NCBI GenBank assembly: GCA_951406725.2
Contig: OX597814.1
Coordinates: forward strand, 15,686,001 to 15,750,000
Direction: 5' to 3'
Length of the DNA stretch: 64,000 bases
Source of the DNA: Octopus vulgaris
Lineage: Eukaryota
This document shows positions 25,780-40,147 of this stretch, in pieces. Both the position numbers and the translations under genes were made by a program. The notes under the pieces were generated by a model. The model ran no database searches. It saw only the letters and a program-made list of their open reading frames with translations, and was not told the origin of the DNA. Position 1 is the first letter of the stretch. Each line of letters opens with the position of its first letter.

Positions 25780-28410
25780 CAACCAGAGAGACCTAAGGCA
25801 CATATATATATATATTAGATGGAGTGAAAATTCCAGAGAATGTGGACGGTTGATGTCAACACAATTTTTTACGATTCATAGATTGTTGATTTCCCAGAGA
25901 TCAGGTTAAAAAATTGTCAGTAACTTTCTTGATCACTCCCAGGGCACCAACAACAACGGATGGTTTCGGTTTTTAACTGCCACGTACCAGATATCTCAAT
26001 CTCGAGGTCCGTATATTTCGACAGTTTATCAAATTCTTTTGCTGGGATATTTCTATCAGTTGGTACTGTCATGTCAATTAACAGAGATTTTTTTTTGTTT
26101 GTTTATTATAGATCTTTGATGACGATATCTGGTCTGTTAGCATTTATTTACCTTTCTGCATGTATTCCACAATCCCATAGGATGGTAACATTCTTTCCCT
26201 CAGTGACTGACTCTGGATGGTGTTCATACCAGTTCTTACGATGCGAAATACCATAGTGACACCATACGTTCCAGTACAAGTATTGGCCAACTAGATCATG
26301 CCTGATTTTATATTCTGTAGGGGCAAAGATTGAGCAACCGGCAACAATGTGGTTAATACTCCCAGGTTTGTCATTGCAGAGTCTACATTTTGTGTCTACC
26401 TCATTGTGTGTGACATCAGCCTGATAATTCCGAGTGAGGAGACTGTTCTTGTGCTGCTAGAATGAATCGTTGTGTTTCGGCTTTCGAACTAACACTCTGC
26501 AGCCATTGATGGGTCATTCTTATATCTACCTCAGTCTTCCCAGCTCGTTTGCGCTATTACACATGCTATGGCTTTTCTTTCGGCAGTCTTAATATTTCCT
26601 TCAAGCTTTCCTGCTTGGCTTTTGTTTTACCCATTTTTACTGCCTTAATGGGTGGTGTATCCTCCTTATCATCATCATAATCAGCCAGATTAAGCTTTCG
26701 TCTGTATTTATATGCCTCTATTATGATTAAGTGTAATTTCTTGATCTGTTCATGTTGCCTTACCAGCTGTATCATTCAGTCACGAGAGGCGCAATGGCCC
26801 AGTGGTTAGGGCAGCGGACTCGCGGTCGTAGGATCGCGGTTTCGATTCCCAGACCGGGCGTTATGAGTGTTTATTGAGCGAAAACACCTAAAGCTTCACG
26901 AGGCTCCGGCATGGGATGGTGGTGATCCCTGCTGTACTCTTTCACCACAACTTTCTCTCACTCTTACTTCCTGTTTCTGTTGTACCTGTATTTCAAAGGG
27001 CCGGCCTTGTCACTCTCTGTGTCACGCTGAATATCCCCGAGAACTACGTTAAGGGTACACGTGTCTGTGGAGTGCTCAGCCACTTACACGTTAATTTCAC
27101 GAGCAGGCTGTTCCGTTGATTCGGATCAACCGGAACCCTCGTCGTCGTAACCGACGTAGTCCTTCCATCCATCCATCATTCAGTCAGTGTTACTTGGGAT
27201 GTACACTTGAAGTTCTATCGCGATCGTTTTATAGGACATTTCACGCTGGATTAGGCCTCTGCCATCTTCCTTTCGCGAGATATAGAGCCTATGGACGTCT
27301 GACTTTGGTGGTGCATCCTGTTTAGTATCAGCAGTTTCCTGGTCTTTATGTCCATACGCTAGATATCACTCATATTCCAACTGATAACATTAAGGCTAAA
27401 CTGGACAATTGATACCGACAGGGAATTTTTAGCTGCAATTCTACTCTGAGAGTTCAGCTCAGTATTCTGGGCCATTCTAATACGTCAATAATAGTCTTTC
27501 CTTATCTTCTCTTTTATTGATCCGTAATGAATCCCTTTGCCTTCGTGTAACCCAAGACACTTGTAAAAGCCTTCTTGGTCCACATCCTTGATAGATATAT
27601 CAGGATCAAGTTGAGTCGTGGTATTAGATGTCAGTTTCCCACATTTCAATGAAGCTTTTGCAGACCTGCCAATGCCAAATTCCATATTGATGTCATCACT
27701 GAATTTTTTCACGGTTATTAATAGCTCTTTCAGATCCTTGTCATCGTTTGCATATCGTTTGCATAACTTCAGATCGTCCATATCGAGCAAATGTGAGGCG
27801 ATCTTGTCAAACACTTTTTACCCGTAGTTTCTTCTATTCAGATCGTGGAACAAGGGAATGAGGGAAAGACAGAAGAGGAGAGGGGAAAGTGAATCCCGTT
27901 GGAATATTCCACGATCTATTTTCGTGATCGAGAAATAATTTTGTATTCCACAGTCCCATACTGTGCTGTAGAAAACCTTTTATAAAAGGAGGCATGTTGT
28001 ATTTATCCAGTGCCTTGAACATTCAGCGATGTGGGACACTGTCAAATGCCTTACGATAGATTCCATGCTGTGCTAAGATTTCATTTTTTGGATGAGCAAT
28101 TTTCGAGCATCATATGGTTTATTAATAGCTGGTCTTTGCAGCCGTATGAGTTTCTTTTGCAGCCTTCTTGTTCAAGGGGAAAGATGTTGTTCTCATCGAG
28201 GACATAGTGCTGTCGTGGAACCTCCGGGTTATAGAGTTCGGATCTCGCGGAATAAATCTACTCAGCACTTTGGTTGAGCGAAACTTTTGCCCCCAGATGT
28301 TATACCAAAATTGGCGGGTTGCTTGTGCCTCAGAAGGTTTACTATCTTCTGTATTTCCTCCCATGTTCTTCAAAAACTGCCTCTGATTATTTGAGAATAA
28401 TCGGTTTTTA
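25780..28410 (-). pseudogene. Older degraded R4/Dong-like element with RT core, interrupted by a SINE
   Basis: Minus-strand remnants YRKAFDSVPH (~28030-28060), GIFQRDSLSPLLF (~27870-27910), HLLDMDDLKL..FSDDINMEFG (27485-27814), then CCHC and RLE remnants (25900-26450). Many stops and frameshifts. Confidence 0.8.
26786..27174 (+). mobile_element. SINE family B, tail type 1, inserted into the R4-like relic
   Basis: Target-site duplication atcattcagtca at 26771-26782 and 27175-27186. Confidence 0.88.
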
Positions 28411-28429
28411 TTATTAGTATTATTTATTG

Positions 28430-28577
28430 TCTTTGCACAGTTTCTAACGCTACAGATGTACTACGGTGCCAGCTGTTCACTACCAGTGAACTAAGGTAAC
28501 ACACCTTATTTTTCGAGCACCATCCAGAGTATTCGAGTAGTTCCAAGCAGTGCTATTTTCTGCAAGTACTCCAGCCT
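28430..28577 (-). mobile_element. Very short 3' end of another RLE retrotransposon
   Basis: Minus strand reads LEYLQKIALLGTTRILWMVLEK*, followed by a short UTR. Lies between ATT/ATC repeats. Confidence 0.65.
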
Positions 28578-28594
28578 TATCATCATCATCATCA

Positions 28595-30450
<1,856 letters not shown>

Positions 30451-30559
30451 GGATTACAAACTTAGGATACAATTCGATATTTAAGAGATGACGAATTATA
30501 TACATTATTTACATTATTTGCATTTCACGGATATTTGTCCTCATCTTGTTTCTTGTGTG

Positions 30560-30666
30560 GCATATATTCTTTTTCACTGAGTTGGTATTCAATGCCTGGT
30601 CCTGGGCCGCGATGATTAGGCTTTCAGTATTCTTTTTTAGGTCACCCTTGTTCAGCAGTCTCCAAT
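30560..30666 (-). mobile_element. Internal fragment of an R4-like retrotransposon
   Basis: Minus strand reads WRLLNKGDLKKNTESLIIAAQDQALNTN. Confidence 0.65.
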
Positions 30667-30737
30667 GGGCTTATGGTGTAGTGGTTAAGAGCGCGGGCTA
30701 TTATCCCCAAGATTCCGAGTTCGATTCCAGGCAGTGA

Positions 30738-30742
<5 letters not shown>
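30667..30742 (+). mobile_element. Minimal tRNA-derived retroposon followed by (AAT)n
   Basis: A box tggtgtagtgg, B box gagttcgattcc, then gcagtgacctg(aat)n. Second copy on the minus strand at 56971-57028. Confidence 0.65.
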
Positions 30743-30827
<85 letters not shown>

Positions 30828-30828
30828 T

Positions 30829-30902
<74 letters not shown>

Positions 30903-30904
<2 letters not shown>

Positions 30905-32641
30905 TGGTAAAGACAATAATGAACTTGAAGGCCTATTGCGCACCGTGAAAGCATTCAGCGATGACATCGGGATGGAGTTTGGACTTGAGAAGTGTGCCAA
31001 GGCCACTTTCCAGAAAGGGAAAGTGAAGACCACAAATTCAGTCGTGTTAGATGTTGACACAGTCATAAGAGAGCTTGAGCAAGAACAAACATACAAATAT
31101 TTAGGGATAAATGAAGGCTCTGGTATTCAGCATGCAAGCATGAAAGAGAAAATCAGGAAGGAATGTTATAGGAGAGTTCGTGCAGTCCTGAAATCTGAAC
31201 TAAATGCACGTAACAAGGTGTTAGCTATAAATTCCTTAGCAGTTCCAGCTGTTACTTATAGCTACAATGTGTTGAACTGGAATATGAGTGAAGTAAAGAA
31301 TATAGATAGAAAAATACGCAAGCTGCTGAGTTGTAATAGGATGCACCACCCAAAGGCAGACGTAGATCGCCTTTACCTTCCCAGAGCCCAAGGAGGTCGA
31401 GGCCTGATCCAATTTGAACTAGCTTACAAAACAACTACAATTGGACTGGCCAAATATCTCGAAATATCGAATGACTGGATGCTAAAGCTCATGGAAAATC
31501 ACGAGAGACGAAAGAAGCTTCATTCTATCATCAAGGAAAGCAAAAAATTTGCTATTGATCTCGTGCAGGATACCCAAACTGAACAACCCGAGGGAAGTAC
31601 GGCAACTATTGTTGCAAAGACGGTGAAAATGATGGCAATGAAAAAAGCGCACGAGCAATTGGCTGATAGGTGGGAGGAGAAACCTCTGCACGGCAAATAT
31701 GTGACCCGCAGCAAACAAGCTGATGTTGACCAGAAGCAAACCCATCAGTGGCTGCGAAGCTCAGGGCTAAAAGCAGAGAGCGAAGGTTTCATCCTGGCTG
31801 CTCAAGACCAAAGCCTATTAACCCGGAACTACCAGGCCAATGTGATGAAAAATGGAGCAGACCCAAAATGCCGATTCTGCAACGACATGATTGAAACAGT
31901 GGACCACCTAATCTCTGGATGTAAAGTCTTAGCACCAGTGGAGTATAAATTAAGACATGACAGAGTTGGCCAATGTCTCCACTGGCTAATAAGTCGGCAT
32001 TACAATATCAAAACTGCCGACAAGTGGTATAATCACCACCCTGAGGCTGTAACTGAAGGAGAAAATGTAACCATTCTGTGGGACTTTCCAGTACATATAG
32101 ACCGAACCATCAAGGCCAATAAACCAGATATTGTTGTGAAAGACCAAAACAATAAAGTTTGCTTATTGATCGACATGAGCATCCCCTGTGATCATAATAT
32201 CTCAGCGAAAGAGTTTGACAAGCTCAGAAAATATAAAGACCTACTCATTGAAATTGAGAAAATGTGGCATCTCAAGGCGGTTACAATACCAGTGATCGTA
32301 GGAGCACTAGGAATGATCAAGAAGGGAACCGAAAATTATATGAGAATGATCCCTGGCTTACCATCCCTGCAAGAAGTGCAAAAGATTGTCTTAACTGGTA
32401 CATCACACGTATTGAGAAGAGCATTGTCGATGTGAGAACTGTTGCTGCTCATGTATTTTAATTTAACTTAAAAAAAATAATAAATAAATAAAAAAAATGA
32501 ACGAACTACTGAGTTTGGTTTAATGGCCTACCAATGTATGCTATGAGCTTCTTTGCCCTAGGAGTCGGGAAGACACTCGGCAAGAAATGGAAGAAAATTT
32601 GAAAGAAGAAAAAAAAAAGTAATAATAATAATAATAATAAT
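30903..32641 (+). mobile_element. 5'-truncated R4/Dong-like non-LTR retrotransposon (RT C-terminus, CCHC finger, restriction-like endonuclease) in (AAT)n
   Basis: Open frame 30903-32435 with FSDDIGMEFGLEKCA, RLYLPRAQGGRGL, AAQDQSL, CRFC..ETVDHLISGC, RHD, KPDIVV..LLIDMSIP and K..KY. A 3' UTR follows, and AAT repeats lie on both flanks. Confidence 0.9.
30936..32435 (+). CDS. Uninterrupted C-terminal part of an RLE non-LTR retrotransposon ORF (RT thumb, zinc knuckle, PD-(D/E)xK endonuclease)
   Basis: 499-aa ORF with the motifs listed for 30903-32641. It begins just after the position of the RT YMDD motif, so it is not a complete protein. Confidence 0.85.
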   Translation: MRTVKAFSDDIGMEFGLEKCAKATFQKGKVKTTNSVVLDVDTVIRELEQEQTYKYLGINEGSGIQHASMKEKIRKECYRRVRAVLKSELNARNKVLAINSLAVPAVTYSYNVLNWNMSEVKNIDRKIRKLLSCNRMHHPKADVDRLYLPRAQGGRGLIQFELAYKTTTIGLAKYLEISNDWMLKLMENHERRKKLHSIIKESKKFAIDLVQDTQTEQPEGSTATIVAKTVKMMAMKKAHEQLADRWEEKPLHGKYVTRSKQADVDQKQTHQWLRSSGLKAESEGFILAAQDQSLLTRNYQANVMKNGADPKCRFCNDMIETVDHLISGCKVLAPVEYKLRHDRVGQCLHWLISRHYNIKTADKWYNHHPEAVTEGENVTILWDFPVHIDRTIKANKPDIVVKDQNNKVCLLIDMSIPCDHNISAKEFDKLRKYKDLLIEIEKMWHLKAVTIPVIVGALGMIKKGTENYMRMIPGLPSLQEVQKIVLTGTSHVLRRALSM

Positions 32642-32647
32642 ACTGAT

Positions 32648-33208
32648 GCTGTAGCAGGCAGTGGCTCTCGTGGCTTCTGATCTTAACTGATTGGAAGTGT
32701 TATCATGTACATTGTTTTGTCTTGGTATAAAAGATGGGCTACAGAAAATATTCTGCTCAATACCACAGATTTGCTTGTCAGTTGTTTGACCTTAACCAGT
32801 TGAGCATGTCCCTTAGTGGCTGACGATATGTGCATCTCTGATCACGAGCAGAAGTAGTGGGGAGCATCATGGCCATGTGTTGGGGGGGATTCTTTGGGAT
32901 TTGAATAATTCACCTCTGGAAACATGGGTGGTTCTTTCAACATCCTTAAACTACCCTTATTCAGAGACCTTTTGAGCGGGATGGGCTACTCAACCTGAAG
33001 AAAATTCTAACTGGGCCCCACCTGCAAGGTCATGTGCTGTTTATCTTGATATGAGATTACCATGTCGCGCACATATGGTTGTGATGCATGTGCCTGGTGT
33101 ACCTTTATCAGACGGGTAGTCATGATGGGTATATTGGGCTTCGTATATTTTACCCCAGTGTCACTTTGATGGCATGAACTGCTCTCTCACTCAAAAATAA
33201 TAATAATA
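32648..33208 (+). mobile_element. ~550-bp non-coding retroposon-like repeat with (AAT)n tail
   Basis: Homologous minus-strand copies at 24343-24892 and 34303-34600. Ends ..gatggcatgNactgctctctcactc followed by aat repeats. Confidence 0.7.
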
Positions 33209-33270
33209 TTAATAATAATAACAGTGAAAAACACCTTGGGAAGGAGAACCCAGGTTCGAAATTTCCCCAA

Positions 33271-33316
33271 GACCCCTGATGAAGGCTGAAGGGAATATCA
33301 GCCGAAACGTTGTGTT
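33271..33316 (+). ncRNA. Hammerhead-like variant lacking stem III, in a Penelope-type repeat fragment
   Basis: gaccc CTGATGA a ggctga..tcagcc GAAACGTT gtgtt. A homologous copy lies on the minus strand at 56594-56639 (gacac CTGATGA..GAAATGTT gcgtt). Confidence 0.5.
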
Positions 33317-33367
33317 AACAACAAACAAGATGAGGACAAATATCTGTCAAATGTAAATAATGTGCAA

Positions 33368-33792
33368 TCTTAGGATATTTTTCTTTGGATATCAGCAAAT
33401 CTCATGTGCGCTATATTTTGAATTTTTTCCATTTTTAGATTTCGTAGTATCTGAGATAGGTAGCAATCAGCCTCTTATGCTATCATTCCTAGAGCAGCTA
33501 TGACAACAGGTATTGTTTTAGTCCTGGGGTTCCTCATTTTGCCAATTTGCATTTCAGAATCTTTATATTTGCTCAGTTTTTGGTAAGATACATTTATGTC
33601 GATTGGGATAGTTATATCGATGAGTAAGCATTATTTTTCTCTGAAATTCTTCAGTATAATGTCAGGTAATTTTGCATCTATCTTTCTGTTGCTGGATGTG
33701 CAAGCACTGGAGGTGGTTTGTGCTCCCACTAGTTTTATCATGGTGCAGGTTCAAGTCTTTGAAAATTACCCAGTGAATACATTGTGCTACTC
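33368..33792 (-). mobile_element. Degraded RLE retrotransposon 3' fragment
   Basis: Minus-strand remnants LPDIIL, CLLIDITIPID, QKLSKYKD, IPVVIAALGMI. Adjacent to (ATT)n. Confidence 0.65.
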
Positions 33793-34283
<491 letters not shown>

Positions 34284-34302
34284 TATTATCATCATCATCA
34301 CT

Positions 34303-34600
34303 GAGTGAGAGAACAACGCATGCCATCAAAGTGACACTGAGTGTCACATATACATATACGAGGCCCAATATATCTATCATAACTACCTGATGGGTAATTA
34401 TGCTGGGCATATGCATCACAGTCACATGCATCACAACCATATTTGCATGGCATTGTGATCTTATATCAAGATAAACAGTGCATTACCTTGCAGGTAGGGC
34501 CCAGTTAGAATTTTCTTCAGGTCGAGTAGCCCAACATGTACGTGATAATACTTCCAATCAGTTCAGATGAGACACCTCGCGAGCCTGCGTCTGGTATTGC
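34303..34600 (-). mobile_element. Internally deleted copy of the ~550-bp repeat
   Basis: Reverse-complement homology to both ends of 32648-33193. Confidence 0.6.
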
Positions 34601-34796
34601 TATTACCATTTAGACAGCAAGCTAGCAGAATCGTTAGTGCGCGCATTCTACGCTTAAATCCTACGAAAGTCAGCTGCCCCTTTTTATCTTTTCGGTGTTG
34701 ATAAAATGAGTAACAGTCAGGCACTGGTAACAATATAATCGACTAGCTCCACTACCACCAAATTTCAGGTAGTATGGTTATGGCTATATTACAAAT

Positions 34797-35097
34797 GTGG
34801 AGGCGCAATGGCCCAGTGGTAAGGGCAGCGGACTCGCGGTCGTAGGGTCGCGGTTTCGATTCCCAGACCGGGTGTTGTGAGTGTTTATTGAGCGAAAACA
34901 CCTAAAGCTCCACGAGGCTCCGGCAGGGGGTGGTGGCGATCCCTGCTGTACTCTTTCGCCACAACTTTCTCTCACTCTTTCTTCTGTTGGCCTGCTCGCT
35001 TAGCCAGCGGGGTGGCGTCATTCGAAGGCTAAAACAATGCCAAGACGCATTGTGACCAGCGATGTGTAGCAACATCTGATAGCTTAGTCGGTCACGA
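34797..35097 (+). mobile_element. SINE family B, tail type 2
   Basis: Poly-A after the tail; target-site duplication atattacaaat (34786-34796, 35106-35116). Confidence 0.85.
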
Positions 35098-35191
35098 AAA
35101 AAAAAATATTACAAATATTTCTTATCATTAATTGTAATTGCTCTAATTGATCTTCCTTCTCAATAGGTTTTTCATTTATTTTATATACAAG

Positions 35192-35600
35192 TATGGCTGT
35201 GTGGTAAGTAGCTTACTTACCAACCACATTGTTCCGGTTTCAGCCCCACTGCGTGGCACCTTCGGCAAGTGTCTTCTACTATGGCCTCGGGCCGACCAAA
35301 GCCTTATGAGTGGATTTGGTAGACGGAAACTGGAAGAAGCCCGTCGTATATATGTATATGTGTGTGTGTGTTTGTGTTTGTGTGTCTGTGTTTGTCCCCC
35401 CACCAACCAACATCGCTTGACAACGGATGTTGGTGTGTTTACGTCCCCGTAACTTATCGGTTCAGCAAAAGAGACCGATAGAATAAGTACTAGGCTTACA
35501 AAGAATAAGTCATGGGATCGATTTGTTCGACTAAAAGGCGGTGCTCCAGCATGGCCGCAGTGAAATGACTGAAACAAGTAAAAGAGTAAAAGAGTAAAAG
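35192..35600 (+). mobile_element. SINE family A
   Basis: Near full-length copy. Confidence 0.85.
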
Positions 35601-36416
35601 ACACGAACTTCTTTATCGTAACCATCGTTGCACGAACTTACCGGTTCTCAACTCACTTCCGCTAAACTTTCTTACTCTAACTTTCCCCACTGTAAAGTTC
35701 CTTGCTCTAAAATTCTTTGTTATGAACTTCCTTATTCTGTCCATGCTTGCACTAAACTTGTTCATTTTAACCTTCCTTTCATTTTCCCTACTCTAATCAA
35801 GTTAGCTATTTGCGTTGATGTATCATGCTTGATTTTGTTTTTTTTCCTTTCATACGATAATCAACCCATAATAATTCTAAACTCTAATCTTTCTTGCTCC
35901 ATGTTTAAATTGGACGTTGTTTGTGATATCATTAATCCGTCTGGAATAATTGATACTTTGTTTCAGAGATCATAATTAAAATTGTTGATGCACACTGTTC
36001 ACAGTAATAACCTGTCTAGTTCTTTATCATTTAATATTCTCAGTTCGTTTAACCATCTTCTCATGATATTGAGACTTTTATACACGCAGTGTAACAAACG
36101 ATTACAACTTCGTTCATTATTGTCATTTAATACTTATTCACGTACATAAAGCGGTGAGCTTCTAGAATCGTTACCAAGCCGGGCAAAATGCTTAGCGTCA
36201 TTCCGTCTGTCTGCACATTCTGTGTTCAAATTCCGTCGAGGTCGGCTGTGCCTTTCAACCTTTCGAGATCGATAAATCAAGTACCAGCTGAGCAGTGGTG
36301 TCGACGTGTCGACGTATTCCGCTACCCACGCCAGCACCCTAACTTGATGGCCTTTTACCAAAATTAGAAACCAATATCTATTCATGATTTGTTTTTATAA
36401 AATACAATTTCTATGA

Positions 36417-36824
36417 AGTGGCTGTGTGGTAAGTAGCTTGCTTGCCAACCACACGGTTCCGGGTTCAGTCCCACTGTGTAGCACCTTGGGTAAGTGTATT
36501 CTACTATAGCCTCGGGCCGACCAAAGCCTTGTGAGTGGATTTGGTAGACGGAAACTGAAAGAAGCCCGTCGTGTATATGTATGTATATATGCATATATGT
36601 GTGTGTGTGTGTGTGTGTGTGCGTCTGTTTGTCCCCCAACATCGCTTGACAATCGATGGCGTGTGTTTCCGTCCCCGTAACCTAGCGGTTCGGCAAGATA
36701 GACCGTTAGAATAAGTACTAGGCTTACAAAGAATAAGTTCTGGGGTCGATTTGCTTGATTAAAGGCGGTGCTCCAGCATGGCCGCAGTCAAATGACTGAA
36801 ACAAGTAAAAGAGAGTAAAGAGTA
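36417..36824 (+). mobile_element. SINE family A
   Basis: Near full-length copy. Confidence 0.85.
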
Positions 36825-37115
36825 ATATGAGTACCAAACCATAACAATCTCTGACTGGTATCAGCCATGGGACTATGACCACGCTAGGTTACAGCATTCA
36901 GGAATGTATTTATATTGACCTCATAAACAGTAGAATGCTACTTATTTCATCAACCCTGGTAAAAGAAATATGGTAAATCGATCGTTAACAGACGTAATGA
37001 AATACCATTTTGTATTTAGAACATGGTCAAACTATTCTGCCATTCTAGCCTAATCTTTTATCTTATAATAAATCTCTGAGTGAGGTATAAACAGTAGCTG
37101 CTCGACATCATGAAG

Positions 37116-37271
37116 TATATTTGCCACTTAAATGTGGCTAACCCTTAAGGGTGGATGTTACTGTAGCTTGTAGCCCCAGGTGAACACCTCCAGCTGGCTA
37201 TTGACACACTTTCTGTGCCCTATCAGTAGCATTTACCCTTAAGTGTTAGCCACATTTAAGTGGCAAATATA
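37116..37271. repeat. Fold-back element with ~48-bp imperfect inverted arms
   Basis: tatatttgccacttaaatgtggctaac..ctg (37116-37163) versus cag..gttagccacatttaagtggcaaatata (37224-37271). Confidence 0.7.
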
Positions 37272-37688
37272 TTTTTATCTTACCTTTTACGTATGCCAGT
37301 CATTGGATACCCTCTTGAAGGGTTTAGTCAAACGAATCGGCTCTAGAACTCATTTTTTAAACAGTGATAATTATTGTATAGATCACTTTTGCCGAACTCG
37401 TAGATTATGGTGACATAAACAGACACCGGTTTCCAAGTGGTGGAGGGGAACAAAGATGAAGATAAACACACGCACACATATATATATATACATAGTTCAA
37501 ATTTATAGAAAATCAAAGACAAAGACATCTATAAGAACAACAAGTAAGTGTTGTTTGAAGCACGGGAGAAATGAAAAAAATCTTTTACGTTTCGAGCCTA
37601 CGCTCTTTGACAGGAAAGAATAGGAGGAAACAAACAGAGAGAATGAAAAATAAAAACTTGTTGAGTTCCGTGGTCCAAAATGGTGAAT

Positions 37689-37731
<43 letters not shown>

Positions 37732-38495
37732 TCACGTCCGGTTTCTTTCAGTTTCCGTAGACCAAATCTACGCACAAGGCTTTGGTCGGCCCAAGGCTAT
37801 AGTAGATGACGTTTACGATATCCAATGTGTCCTTTCCACATGAAAATGATTCTAGTATTTCTTTTCACCGTCGAGATATTCTAAATATTATCAAAATAAT
37901 ATTGGCTAAATCAAATTTTACTAATATTGTAAATTCATTAAAACAAAGCCCTTAAGGTTAAATTTTCTAAATTAAAATTACAAATTCTGTTTCGCTGATG
38001 TTAATTTCAAAATTTTATTATGAATACTTCCTATTCAGGATTTAGAATAATCCATGTTTACTGGGATCAGTTATTTCCTATGCCATTTGTGAAATCATTT
38101 CTAAATTATATTGCCTACTTCAAATTTTAGTATATACTGAATTGCATTAGAAAAAAGACTACACTATTACTATACCAAACATAATTTTCCTCTTATCAGA
38201 CAGCTACAGGTTTCTTTGCTTGTTTTGTACTTTTGACGATCAAACGATTTAAAATTTTGAACTTTGAATGTTTTTAAGCAATATATCTCAATACAGATCT
38301 GCTTTAAAACTACGGTCAGATTAAATGCTGCTACTGTCCTTCTAGCTGACTTTTGCTGTCTGTGATGGTGGTGGTAGTGGTGGTGGTGGTGGTGGTAGTG
38401 GTGGTGGTGGTGGTGGCGGTTCTCTCCTCCTTAGACTTGGTTCATAAAAATAAGTCATAGCATGGCAATCACGTCATGATACATATATGCGCGAA

Positions 38496-38727
38496 AGGCG
38501 GCGAGCTGGCAGAAACGTTAGCACGCCGGGCGAAATGCGTAGCCGTATTTCGTCTGCCGTTACGTTCAGAGTTCAAATCACGCCGAGGTCGACTTTGACT
38601 TTCATCCTTTCGGGGTCGATAAATTAAGTACCAGTTAAGCACTGGGGTCGATGTAATCGACTTAATCCGTTTGTCTGTCCTTGTTTGTCTCCTCTATGTT
38701 TAGCCCCTTGTGGGTAATAAAGAAACA
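38496..38727 (+). mobile_element. SINE family C, full length
   Basis: Target-site duplication gatacatatatgcgcga. Confidence 0.88.
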
Positions 38728-38771
38728 GATACATATATGCGCGAGAACACGCCCACGCGTACAGACATATC

Positions 38772-39178
38772 TCTCTTTTACTCTTTTACTCTTTTTACTT
38801 GTTTCAGTCATTTGACTGTGGCCATGCTGGGGCACCGCCTTTAGTCGAGCAAATCGACCCCAGGACTTATTCTTTGTAAGCGTGGTACTTATTCTATCAG
38901 TCTGTTTTGCCGAACCGCTAAGTTACGGGGACGTAAACACACCAGCATCGGTTGTCAAGCGATGTTGGGGAGGACAAACACAGACACACAAACATACACA
39001 CACACATATATGTATATACATATATACGACGGGCTTCTTTCAGTTTCCGACGACTACCAAATCCACTCACAAGGCTTTGGTCAGCACGAGGTTATAATAG
39101 AAGACACTTGCCCAAGGTGAAACGCAATGGAACTGAACCCGGAACCATGTGGTTGGTAAGCACAGCCACTCCTACGCA
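38772..39178 (-). mobile_element. SINE family A
   Basis: Near full-length copy. Confidence 0.82.
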
Positions 39179-39276
39179 TATCTGTAGATAAATTAAATAA
39201 AAATACTGATAAATTGGACACATACATATAAGTGTTTAAATGCATGAATGTATGCATATATATGTGTGTTCGTGTG

Positions 39277-39331
<55 letters not shown>

Positions 39332-40102
39332 ACGCATGTGTGGCCGCAGTGAAATGACTGAAACAAGTGTGTAGGCGCAAGCGTGGCTATGTGGTAAGAT
39401 GCTTGCTTCCCAACTATATGGTGCCGGGTTCAATCCCACTGCATAGCACCTTGAGTAAGTGTCTTCTATTATAGCTAATTTTACCTTAATAAACTCGAGG
39501 ATTTTTTTCATATGAGTTAAACAGATGTTATAGAACACATACCGAAACTCGAATAAACTCTAGCTTAGGAGCATGAAACTAAGTCACCAATGGAAACAAA
39601 GAACTCTAAAAATCACTTTAACTAATTTCTAGAAAATCTATCGCTAATATAGTTTCGAAGTCAACATGGCGGTGCCCCAGCATGGCTACAGATCGTGAGC
39701 TGAAACTAGAATCAATCAATCATGTGCAGTAAGTGGGAAGGACGTCGGAAGCCAGCATGTTAATGCTTTTAGACCAAAGGTTATCATCCGCGGCTCCCAG
39801 GGTGGTATGCAGCCTTCAAGCGTCCTTCCGACAGTCTTCCCTCTATAAGCATGGTAATTTTTTTCCTTAATCGACTTGTGTAATTTTTTTCCTTAATTGA
39901 CTTTTGATGCCCCCTAAAATATCCAGATTTCGGATCTGGTCGGTCATTAAAAGGAATGTGAACTACTGATGCAAACACACAGACACACAAGGACATACAC
40001 ACAAAACATGCACTCACACACACATGCACACGCTATCTTTCTCTCTCTCTCTCTCTCTCACAGACACACACACACAAACACACACACACAAATACGCACT
40101 CA

Positions 40103-40147
<45 letters not shown>

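Noticed and set aside
39784-39960. Possible RTE C-terminal remnant on the minus strand (YFRGH..MLIEGR)
   Set aside because: Only a weak motif match; not reported as a feature.
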